Origin: an uncultured Bacteroidales bacterium
GTDB lineage: Bacteria > Bacteroidota > Bacteroidia > Bacteroidales > VadinHA17
Assembly (NCBI GenBank): GCA_942492865.1
Contig: OW818650.1
Location: 23,892-87,891 of the forward strand
DNA: 64,000 nucleotides
Direction of reading: 5' to 3'
Shown one piece after another: positions 9,807 through 18,965 of the stretch (positions within the stretch are counted from its first letter, which is position 1; every line of letters begins with the position of its first letter). The translations under genes were made by a program, and so were the position numbers. The notes under the pieces were generated by a model. It was given only the letters and a program-made list of their open reading frames with translations. It did not search any database and had not been told where the DNA came from.

Positions 9807-10685
9807 TTAAATTTTTACAGAAATACTAAGTTTGGAATATAACTCATTAAAGGTTTTAGAGTCCAGGTTTAGTGCCAAGCACATTTGTCTTAATTCTTTG
9901 GTGAATGAATCAATAATTTTAGTATTTGATTTTCTCTTTTTTATTTCTGCAATAAAAAGTTGGTTTAATATGTCATTTGGGATTTCTCTAATCAGCTTTT
10001 TGCATTCTTCAAACATTTTAAAGCTATTCACATTAGGGAGTTCTCCGTAATAGCGGAGAATTATGTTTTTATATTCAGATGTTCTGACAGAACAAATTAG
10101 AGTATCAGGATCAATGATATGATTTTCAAAAGCAGGTCTGATTTCTCTCATTGCTAATGATTTATGGTTATCAGTGAGTTCGATAATACCTACTTTCTCA
10201 TTCTCTCTTAGGTAAATATTGATCAATGATCTATGTGTTATTACATAACATTCCTTAAATATTTTTGTATAATCTGATAATTGATTATATAAACGTTTTT
10301 TTGAATCTAATTCTGTTTTAATTTCAAACGCTTTACTAGTTCCATTGAATAAAACTAAATCAGCGATAGAATTATTGACTCTAAATTCGTTAATGATGAT
10401 TGACTCTTTTTTCCCATACTTTTCAATTAATAAATCATTAATGAACGTATTTTTATAAATATATTCATTTTGATAATGCTTTTTCAGTTCTCGGTATGTG
10501 TATTGAATGTAATCGAAATATGTGTGAATACTTTTACCGATTTTAGGCAAATCATAAATCTGAATATTGGAATTTATTAAAGAGTAATCATTATTTTTTA
10601 ATATTCTAGTGAAGGCCATCCGGGAGAAAATAGCTGAATAGCTCCTATATTTGTTAAGTGATATTTGATTCTGTATAAAACTCAT
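9807..10685 (-). CDS. sce7726-family-like protein with PD-(D/E)xK nuclease-like motif
   Basis: 292 aa. NEFRVNNSIADLVLFNG...KAFEIKTELD fits a D...ExK restriction-endonuclease-fold core. Adjacent to the sce7725-like gene. Confidence 0.55.
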   Translation of the reverse strand: MSFIQNQISLNKYRSYSAIFSRMAFTRILKNNDYSLINSNIQIYDLPKIGKSIHTYFDYIQYTYRELKKHYQNEYIYKNTFINDLLIEKYGKKESIIINEFRVNNSIADLVLFNGTSKAFEIKTELDSKKRLYNQLSDYTKIFKECYVITHRSLINIYLRENEKVGIIELTDNHKSLAMREIRPAFENHIIDPDTLICSVRTSEYKNIILRYYGELPNVNSFKMFEECKKLIREIPNDILNQLFIAEIKKRKSNTKIIDSFTKELRQMCLALNLDSKTFNELYSKLSISVKI

Positions 10686-10796
10686 TTATAAAATGTTATG
10701 TCTTATATTGGCTGTTAATAACACAAATGTAAACAATATAATTAGTATAAATGTAAGGGTCATTAGATATTTGCATCGTCGGTGAGTGCTTGTTGC

Positions 10797-11189
10797 TAAC
10801 GGCCCGGCAATAAAATTAGTAAACGTTACCCGACGCCACGACGGCCGGACAAGACAATGCCTACTAAGAAGAAAATGATTTGAGGCCGGAGAAGAAGGGT
10901 ACGGCGCGTGTTTTTGCTGTCCAGGCAGAGAATTTAATTGAGTATTACGAGTGTCGCGGTACAAAATGTGATGCGCGCCATATGTTGTCCCCGGTTACAG
11001 AGTGATCTAGGTGCACTGGTGCAGTGTCGCGGTACAAAGTTGATGCGCGCCAGTTGTTGTCCCCGGTTACTGAGGTTTCTTTCGGGCAGAGGCGGGAATC
11101 CGGGTTTATCACCATGCCATATGTTGTCCAACGAGCAGAGAATCAGAGCAAAAACCGTGACGAGTTTATTAATTTTATTGTCCGTGTTA
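10797..11189 (+). repeat. Cassette-boundary element E8, type A (393 bp)
   Basis: Same termini and interior as E1. Confidence 0.9.
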
Positions 11190-11218
11190 GGTGGTCGTAG
11201 TATTGTACTTTTTATTAT

Positions 11219-12715
11219 TTAATTAGTTATCAATGATTCTTCAATCCATTTTTTCATACTATCGATTCCCATAAAGGATTGATAATTATGTTTCAATATA
11301 CCACTCTTGTCAAAGATGAGATAGTGAGGTATAGCAGTAAATCCATAAAATTTGTTCAAGTAATTCCATTCTTTTTCAGTAATATAATAGTGATCTCCAC
11401 CAATCTTAGGTATTTGCTGCTCCCATATATAACTTGGTGATGAAGGATCTGTGACATACACAAAGACTACATCTTTATTCTCAAAATCGTTTCTTACATT
11501 CTCAGATTCTATCATTGCACGTTGACAAGGTCCACACCATGTAGCCCAAAAGTCAACAAAAACTACTTTCCCTTTATACTTTGAAATAATTGAATCCATT
11601 ATATTTCCAGGTGATGTAACATTAATTTTTCTTGCTTTGCTCGATGATATTAATTTTAATGATTCATCATCCTTGTCAAACAAAATATTAACAAAGGATT
11701 GATTTTTAAAGTAGGATTTTATATTTTGTCTTTGAAAATTACTTAAAGGAGTTTTATTATTTATCTGCTTAGCATAGGAATTGCTCACAAGCAAATCATA
11801 AAACAAACCCTCATCGGTTCCAATGTCATCTTTTAGTATTTCCTTGACCTTATTTAACCAAATATCTATTTGCATTTCTTCTATGGCTGGAATATCAAAC
11901 ATTTCATTACCAAGTATATATTGGATGATCATAGGATAAAATCCAGAAGTGAGATATGAAGGATCACTCAGATTAAAATATTTAAGAAATGAATAGTAAG
12001 ATTTGTCCGGCGACTGAAAATGAAATTCTTTCTGTAAACTATCTGTTTTGGGCTGATTCGAGTATGCCTTTTTTATATAGTGGGAATAATCGAATAAACC
12101 ATAATAAATACACATCAATTTGATATCAGCAGACAAAATCTGCTTTGCTGCATCTGATATATTTATATTATTCTCAACACGTTTCAATACATCAGGAATT
12201 CCTTCAATAATCCGCTCACTGAATACTTCTGGAGAAATAATTTCATTCCCTATATTTGGAAGTGCCCATGGCCAATTTAAAAAAATCATTCCATCCTCGG
12301 CTGTAAAGCCTACACTGTTTTCTATTTTGATGGGATTTAGCTTATTACCATCATAACTTATTTCCATTCTTGTTTCCTCGCCTGGTACAAGATAAGTAAT
12401 GACTACATTATTATCTATAGCTAACGAAGCCAATGAAGTGCATTGGATTGGTTTGCTGAAGGTGAAAGTTCCGTCTCCGTTTATCGGAACATCATGGATC
12501 GATCTGTCCCCAGTAACCACGCCGGATAGACTTATTTTTGCCTTATTTTCCTTTTTATCGCCATTTGGCAGGCCGTTAATTTTACATGAAAGGGTTGCAG
12601 TTTCGTATAGTATCTGAGGAATAAAAGTCAGATCACTCTGTTGAATCCGAGAAGGTTTTCCACAGCCAATCAATAGCAGTGAAAAAATAATGCTAATTAA
12701 AGATGTGCTTTTCAT
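11219..12715 (-). CDS. TlpA/redoxin-family thiol:disulfide oxidoreductase lipoprotein
   Basis: 498 aa with lipobox LLIGCGK. The C-terminal thioredoxin fold carries VVFVDFWATWCGPCQ (CxxC). Confidence 0.8.
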   Translation of the reverse strand: MKSTSLISIIFSLLLIGCGKPSRIQQSDLTFIPQILYETATLSCKINGLPNGDKKENKAKISLSGVVTGDRSIHDVPINGDGTFTFSKPIQCTSLASLAIDNNVVITYLVPGEETRMEISYDGNKLNPIKIENSVGFTAEDGMIFLNWPWALPNIGNEIISPEVFSERIIEGIPDVLKRVENNINISDAAKQILSADIKLMCIYYGLFDYSHYIKKAYSNQPKTDSLQKEFHFQSPDKSYYSFLKYFNLSDPSYLTSGFYPMIIQYILGNEMFDIPAIEEMQIDIWLNKVKEILKDDIGTDEGLFYDLLVSNSYAKQINNKTPLSNFQRQNIKSYFKNQSFVNILFDKDDESLKLISSSKARKINVTSPGNIMDSIISKYKGKVVFVDFWATWCGPCQRAMIESENVRNDFENKDVVFVYVTDPSSPSYIWEQQIPKIGGDHYYITEKEWNYLNKFYGFTAIPHYLIFDKSGILKHNYQSFMGIDSMKKWIEESLITN

Positions 12716-12777
12716 TGAATGCTTTTTTATGTTTGAATTGTCCAGAATTTGTCTTTGGGGGCACTTACTATGCCACC

Positions 12778-13169
12778 TAACGGCCCGGCAATAAAATTAG
12801 TAAACGTTACCCGACGCCCGGAGGCCGGTGAGCACTGCACCCTACTATGAAGAAAATGTATCGAGGCCGGAGAAGGAGGGTACGGCGCGTGTTTTTGCAG
12901 TCCAGGCAGAGAATTTAATTGAGTATTACGAGTGTCGCGGTACAAAATGTGATGCGCGCCATATGTTGTCCCCGGTTACAGAGTGATCTAGGTGCATAGG
13001 TGCAGTGTCGCGGTACAAGGCTGATGCGCGCCGGTTGTTGTCCACGGTTACTGATGTTTCTACGGGCAGAGGCGGGAATCCGGGTTTATCACCACGCCAG
13101 TTGTTGTCCAACGAGCAGAGAATCAATGCAAAAACCGTGACGAGTTTATTAATTTTATTGTCCGTGTTA
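12778..13169 (+). repeat. Cassette-boundary element E9, type A (392 bp)
   Basis: Same termini and interior as E1. Used as the exemplar for the fold analysis. Confidence 0.9.
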
Positions 13170-13208
13170 GGTGTTCGTGGTATTGTATTTGATTATATAT
13201 AAGCATTA

Positions 13209-13685
13209 TTAAAATCTATAAGAAATAGTTAATCCTGTACATAAAGGACCATTATTGTTAATGAAAACTGGTCTAAAACTAATTGAGTTATTATATTTAT
13301 TGTGCTCAATCATTACCTTTTTTATATTATGAGATCGGCTAATACCTATATTACACGCGATAACTCCGCCTCCAATTAGGCCGTAGCCAAGGATTTTATA
13401 AATACCTTTCATCACGCGGCTGCCCAGAATTTCTTCACCAAAAGTAGCATCCTCAGGCAATCCATTTTTATAGGTAGTATTGGCAACCAGGATTGATAAA
13501 CATCCTAAACCTATACTACAACCACCAGCAATGGTGACTTTCTTATAATCTTGGAAAGATATGGTGAGCTGTTCATTCGTGAGATCTCTGATATCATTGA
13601 CACCATATTGTTTTGTGTACCACTGACTTTTTAACGAGCAATTCAGTAATAATAAAATTAGTTGAGCACATAAAAGGCGTTTCAT
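13209..13685 (-). CDS. Hypothetical secreted/membrane protein (cassette cargo)
   Basis: 158-aa ORF with a signal peptide and Gly-rich hydrophobic segments. Confidence 0.5.
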   Translation of the reverse strand: MKRLLCAQLILLLLNCSLKSQWYTKQYGVNDIRDLTNEQLTISFQDYKKVTIAGGCSIGLGCLSILVANTTYKNGLPEDATFGEEILGSRVMKGIYKILGYGLIGGGVIACNIGISRSHNIKKVMIEHNKYNNSISFRPVFINNNGPLCTGLTISYRF

Positions 13686-13840
13686 CTTTTAAGTATTAGA
13701 AAGGAGTAAAAGTAAATTGTTGAATCTTTCGAGAATGCGAAGTTTGAAGGCTGCTCAGTATGTTTGTAAGAAGGTATGTCCAATACTTGTCATAAGTTTC
13801 TAAACGAACAAAAATATTTTAAAATCCAAATGATTATCGC

Positions 13841-15727
13841 ATCGAGTAGGTAAAGGGGAGTTTCACCCCTAAACCTCTCACGGAACCGTACGTGATACTC
13901 TCGCATCATACGGCTCTTGTTATACAAAAAAAGTCAAGCGGTTTCGAAGCCATGCTGCCAGTGTACAAATAAATCGGGTTGCCGTTTAGCAAGATCCCGA
14001 ATCCATCGACCAGCTTTCTTATGACTACCATTAAACCGTTTATACCGTTTAACCACCCACATGTTCAACCTGCGATGAAAGACACTGAATATCCACTGTA
14101 ACTCGTGTTTCCTGTATTTCCCAAAGTGATCAATCCAGCTCTTAATCTTCGGGTTGAAGAAAGCAGCTATGTGGTATATATCCCTGTTGGTCCAATTGTG
14201 AAAATTTGAGTCACGTATCTCGTCAATGATCCTCTTCTCGTTCTTCTTGCTAATCGCACAATCAAATCCTAAGAACATTCTGCCCTCTTCTTTATTCATT
14301 GCCGGTCTTGGCTGAAAGCTGAATCCCAGAAAATCAAACTGCACTGTATTATAGTCGGCATTGCGCCGTGCTTTCTTACAGTATACAATTTTCGTCTTCT
14401 TTTCATTCAGTTGCAGCTTGCATTCGACCATTCTCTCCCTTATGGCTTTTAGAACTTCCTCTGCTTCCTGCTGCGTATTACAGTGAACAATTATGTCATC
14501 TGCATAGCGTACAAATCGAAGCTTCGGGTATGTCTTTCCAAGCCATTTGTCAAAAGCATAATGAAGGAATAGGTTCGCAAGCAGAGGACTAATTACTCCT
14601 CCCTGCGGTGTGCCCTCTCCCATCCTGTATCTCTTGCCACCTTTTCTATCTTCTATCGCGGCTTCAAGCCACCTCACGAGATACATCTTTACCCATTTCT
14701 CCTCAACATGCCTTTCAACTGCCTTCATGAGCAGCTCGTGTGACATCTTGTCGAAGAAACTTGATATGTCCATGTCGACAACCCACTCGAACTCCCGCAC
14801 ATTTCTACGAACCTGTGCGATTGCCTGATGAGTACTTCTAAGTGGTCGATATCCGTAAGAGCTTTCCACAAATATAGCTTCAAAGCGGGCTTCAAGGTAA
14901 TCTTTGATGACCTGCTGCGCTATCCGGTCTCTTACTATGGGTATTCCAAGCTTACGCTTTCTCCCATCATCCTTAGGAATTTCTACTTCGAGAACTGAAG
15001 TTGGTCGGTAGCTGCCTGAACTCAGGCGGTTCCAGATCACATAGAGATTGTTAGATAATTTCTCTTCAAACTTCTCCAGAGTCTCCCCATCTATCCCGGC
15101 TGCTCCCTTGTTCTTCTTTACTCTCTTGTAGGCGGCGACTACCATTTCCTGGGTAATCGGTATGCTTTTCGTCTCCGTTGTCCTACTCCTACCCCGGTTA
15201 TCCAAGGGTGGTAGAGGCAATTTCAACTGTATAACCTCAGCCCTTCGCTCCGCTCCCATTACAGGAGTTTCATCACTACTACGACTGAGTCTGTCCTCAT
15301 ACAAGTCATCAGTATTCGGCCTCCCGGGTTGTCCTCCTGGTTGTGCCTTTCCTTTACCATCCTTGTATGAGTTCCCCTGTTCCATAACTAAGCCTGAATA
15401 GAAATCATGCCCCCTTTATGCCGTCTGCCATGCAGCCAGTAAGCAGGTGCCCGCTGCACTTTGGTCCCCCAGCAGCCATAAACCGGTGGTTTTGACAGAT
15501 TGTCGTTCTCTCGACACTTCATCGAAGGTTCATTTTCATTCATCTTTCCTATTCTTACCTGATCCTTTTGGCAGGACCTTTTCCCCTTACCGTTTAGTAC
15601 CTCGCCGTTGCCAGTTCAGCACCGAGGGGCGGTTTCCGGGTACGCCTGTACGTCCCCGTGAGAGGCCATACTCTCATCTTAATTACAGCATCAGATCCCG
15701 TTGGTACGAGGTCTGTTCAGGGCACAC
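13841..15727 (-). mobile_element. Group II intron, copy 1 (intact, 1887 bp)
   Basis: On the minus strand the 5' end reads GTGTGCCCTGAAC (GUGYG). A 34-nt domain V, GAGCCGTATGATGCGAGAGTATCACGTACGGTTC, is the reverse complement of 13883-13916 and shows the AGC triad, a 2-nt bulge and a GAGA tetraloop. A domain VI-like hairpin follows and the intron ends ...CTACTCGAT. Encodes an RT/maturase. Confidence 0.9.
13934..15385 (-). CDS. Group II intron reverse transcriptase/maturase (no endonuclease domain evident)
   Basis: 483 aa with RT motifs (AAGIDG, RKLGIPIVRDRIAQ, FVRYADDIIVHC) and a C-terminal maturase-like region. Confidence 0.9.
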   Translation of the reverse strand: MEQGNSYKDGKGKAQPGGQPGRPNTDDLYEDRLSRSSDETPVMGAERRAEVIQLKLPLPPLDNRGRSRTTETKSIPITQEMVVAAYKRVKKNKGAAGIDGETLEKFEEKLSNNLYVIWNRLSSGSYRPTSVLEVEIPKDDGRKRKLGIPIVRDRIAQQVIKDYLEARFEAIFVESSYGYRPLRSTHQAIAQVRRNVREFEWVVDMDISSFFDKMSHELLMKAVERHVEEKWVKMYLVRWLEAAIEDRKGGKRYRMGEGTPQGGVISPLLANLFLHYAFDKWLGKTYPKLRFVRYADDIIVHCNTQQEAEEVLKAIRERMVECKLQLNEKKTKIVYCKKARRNADYNTVQFDFLGFSFQPRPAMNKEEGRMFLGFDCAISKKNEKRIIDEIRDSNFHNWTNRDIYHIAAFFNPKIKSWIDHFGKYRKHELQWIFSVFHRRLNMWVVKRYKRFNGSHKKAGRWIRDLAKRQPDLFVHWQHGFETA

Positions 15728-17613
15728 ATCGAGTAGGTAAAGGGGAGTTTCACCCCTAAACCTCTCACGGAACCGTACGTGATACTCTCGCATCATACGG
15801 CTCTTGTTATACAAAAAAAGTCAAGCGGTTTCGAAGCCATGCTGCCAGTGTACAAATAAATCGGGTTGCCGTTTAGCAAGATCCCGAATCCATCGACCAG
15901 CTTTCTTATGACTACCATTAAACCGTTTATACCGTTTAACCACCCACATGTTCAACCTGCGATGAAAGACACTGAATATCCACTGTAACTCGTGTTTCCT
16001 GTATTTCCCAAAGTGATCAATCCAGCTCTTAATCTTCGGGTTGAAGAAAGCAGCTATGTGGTATATATCCCTGTTGGTCCAATTGTGAAAATTTGAGTCA
16101 CGTATCTCGTCAATGATCCTCTTCTCGTTCTTCTTGCTAATCGCACAATCAAATCCTAAGAACATTCTGCCCTCTTCTTTATTCATTGCCGGTCTTGGCT
16201 GAAAGCTGAATCCCAGAAAATCAAACTGCACTGTATTATAGTCGGCATTGCGCCGTGCTTTCTTACAGTATACAATTTTCGTCTTCTTTTCATTCAGTTG
16301 CAGCTTGCATTCGACCATTCTCTCCCTTATGGCTTTTAGAACTTCCTCTGCTTCCTGCTGCGTATTACAGTGAACAATTATGTCATCTGCATAGCGTACA
16401 AATCGAAGCTTCGGGTATGTCTTTCCAAGCCATTTGTCAAAAGCATAATGAAGGAATAGGTTCGCAAGCAGAGGACTAATTACTCCTCCTGCGGTGTGCC
16501 CTCTCCCATCCTGTATCTCTTGCCACCTTTTCTATCTTCTATCGCGGCTTCAAGCCACCTCACGAGATACATCTTTACCCATTTCTCCTCAACATGCCTT
16601 TCAACTGCCTTCATGAGCAGCTCGTGTGACATCTTGTCGAAGAAACTTGATATGTCCATGTCGACAACCCACTCGAACTCCCGCACATTTCTACGAACCT
16701 GTGCGATTGCCTGATGAGTACTTCTAAGTGGTCGATATCCGTAAGAGCTTTCCACAAATATAGCTTCAAAGCGGGCTTCAAGGTAATCTTTGATGACCTG
16801 CTGCGCTATCCGGTCTCTTACTATGGGTATTCCAAGCTTACGCTTTCTCCCATCATCCTTAGGAATTTCTACTTCGAGAACTGAAGTTGGTCGGTAGCTG
16901 CCTGAACTCAGGCGGTTCCAGATCACATAGAGATTGTTAGATAATTTCTCTTCAAACTTCTCCAGAGTCTCCCCATCTATCCCGGCTGCTCCCTTGTTCT
17001 TCTTTACTCTCTTGTAGGCGGCGACTACCATTTCCTGGGTAATCGGTATGCTTTTCGTCTCCGTTGTCCTACTCCTACCCCGGTTATCCAAGGGTGGTAG
17101 AGGCAATTTCAACTGTATAACCTCAGCCCTTCGCTCCGCTCCCATTACAGGAGTTTCATCACTACTACGACTGAGTCTGTCCTCATACAAGTCATCAGTA
17201 TTCGGCCTCCCGGGTTGTCCTCCTGGTTGTGCCTTTCCTTTACCATCCTTGTATGAGTTCCCCTGTTCCATAACTAAGCCTGAATAGAAATCATGCCCCC
17301 TTTATGCCGTCTGCCATGCAGCCAGTAAGCAGGTGCCCGCTGCACTTTGGTCCCCCAGCAGCCATAAACCGGTGGTTTTGACAGATTGTCGTTCTCTCGA
17401 CACTTCATCGAAGGTTCATTTTCATTCATCTTTCCTATTCTTACCTGATCCTTTTGGCAGGACCTTTTCCCCTTACCGTTTAGTACCTCGCCGTTGCCAG
17501 TTCAGCACCGAGGGGCGGTTTCCGGGTACGCCTGTACGTCCCCGTGAGAGGCCATACTCTCATCTTAATTACAGCATCAGATCCCGTTGGTACGAGGTCT
17601 GTTCAGGGCACAC
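15728..17613 (-). mobile_element. Group II intron, copy 2 (1886 bp, head-to-tail with copy 1)
   Basis: By eye identical to copy 1 except for one missing C in the run at about 16488-16490. Its 5' end lies 8 nt from the TAAC of E10. Confidence 0.85.
15821..17271 (-). pseudogene. Frameshifted group II intron RT/maturase
   Basis: A 1-nt deletion (ctccctgc becomes ctcctgc) splits the ORF into 16480-17271 and 15821-16318, which otherwise translate identically to copy 1. Confidence 0.85.
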
Positions 17614-17621
17614 ATGACACC

Positions 17622-18013
17622 TAACGGCCCGGCAATAAAATTAGTAAACGTTACCCGACGCCCGGAGGCCGGGGAGCACTACACACTACTATGAAGAGAA
17701 TGTATCGAGGCCGGAGAAGGAGGGTACGGCGCGTGTTTTTGCAGTCCAGGCAGAGAATTTAATTGAGTATTAAGAGTGTCGCGGTACAAGATGTGATGCG
17801 CGCCATATGTTGTCCCCGGTTACAGTGTAATCTAGGTGCACTGGTGCAGTGTCGCGGTACAAAGTTGATGCGCGCAGGTTGTTGTCCACGGTTACTGTGG
17901 TTTCTAAGGGCAGAGGCGGGAATCCGGGTTTATCACCAAGCCAGTTGTTGTCCAACGTGCAGAGAATCAATGCAAAAACCGTGACGAGTTTATTAATTTT
18001 ATTGTCCGTGTTA
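17622..18013 (+). repeat. Cassette-boundary element E10, type A (392 bp)
   Basis: Same termini and interior as E1. Confidence 0.9.
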
Positions 18014-18087
18014 GCATTTCGGGGCCAATTTTAAATCATGTCCTTGGCAAATAAATATTTCTGTGTTTGAGTCTGATTTTGCAACCT

Positions 18088-18813
18088 TTAATTAAATATT
18101 CGGTGCTTACCTAACATGTCATTAATATTCTCTATATGCTGAGTTTGTATTGCTTTACTATTGCCATTATACATAGCTTCTTTCAATACTTTAACTACTT
18201 CATATTTGTCAGTATAAGGAGCTAATTCCTTTTTGCTTAAGATGATATCCAAAGCTTCTAAAACTCTTGCTGATTTGACAATAAATGTACCATCTGGAAC
18301 GAAATTGATATCTTTCAATACACAATCTCCATAGAACACTACTATTGAATAGAAAGCGATATTTTCAAATTGCCTAAGTTTTTTTCTTATTTCAGCTATA
18401 TGCCTATTGTTTTGCATGATTGGATTATAAAAACGATATTTTTCCTTTCCATAAGCCAATACTTGGGTCCATTCTCTATATTTCCCATTTCCAAAGATCC
18501 ACCCACTGTAGTCTTTTACTTCAAATACAATTATCCCTGTTTTTGCAGCTACTACTAAATCAATCTGTGAAAATTCACCATCAGACTTTTCTATATACAG
18601 GTCATGAAAAATCGCCTGTGCTGGTATTCCATGTTTTAAAAATTTTAATACTAAATCTTTTTCCGTTCTCGTGCCTCTATTTGATTTAGTGACAGTTTCT
18701 AATAGTTTTTTGTCGCGTATCTTTCTAAAAATAGCATAGAAACACAGACAGATGAATATGATAAGAGGAATCCATTTTATATAAGGCAAATATGATTTAA
18801 AGTCTCCTTCCAT
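18088..18813 (-). CDS. NERD (nuclease-related domain) protein with N-terminal TM helix
   Basis: 241 aa. TEKDLVLKFL...HDLYIEKSDGEFSQIDLVVAAKTGIIVFEVKDYSGWIFG fits the NERD pattern. Confidence 0.7.
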   Translation of the reverse strand: MEGDFKSYLPYIKWIPLIIFICLCFYAIFRKIRDKKLLETVTKSNRGTRTEKDLVLKFLKHGIPAQAIFHDLYIEKSDGEFSQIDLVVAAKTGIIVFEVKDYSGWIFGNGKYREWTQVLAYGKEKYRFYNPIMQNNRHIAEIRKKLRQFENIAFYSIVVFYGDCVLKDINFVPDGTFIVKSARVLEALDIILSKKELAPYTDKYEVVKVLKEAMYNGNSKAIQTQHIENINDMLGKHRIFN

Positions 18814-18965
18814 CTACTAATTATTTTCAATCGGGCTGCTCAAACTAGTGAATTTTGATGATTTTCTGATGCTTTGTCTTTCGCAATCTTATCCTATCCG
18901 TCCTGTCGTGCGTAGGGAGTATCCCGATAAAAAATTAGTATTGTTAGGATTTCGTGCATGTTAAA

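Noticed and set aside
15447-15740. Plus-strand ORFs 15447-15740 and 17333-17617, and other plus-strand ORFs within the introns
   Set aside because: They lie antisense within the intron 5' ribozyme or RT region and are duplicated only because the intron is duplicated.
13841-17613. Twintron (intron nested within intron)
   Set aside because: The copies are strictly head-to-tail: the 3' end CTACTCGAT abuts the 5' GTGTG. Neither ribozyme nor ORF is interrupted by the other copy.
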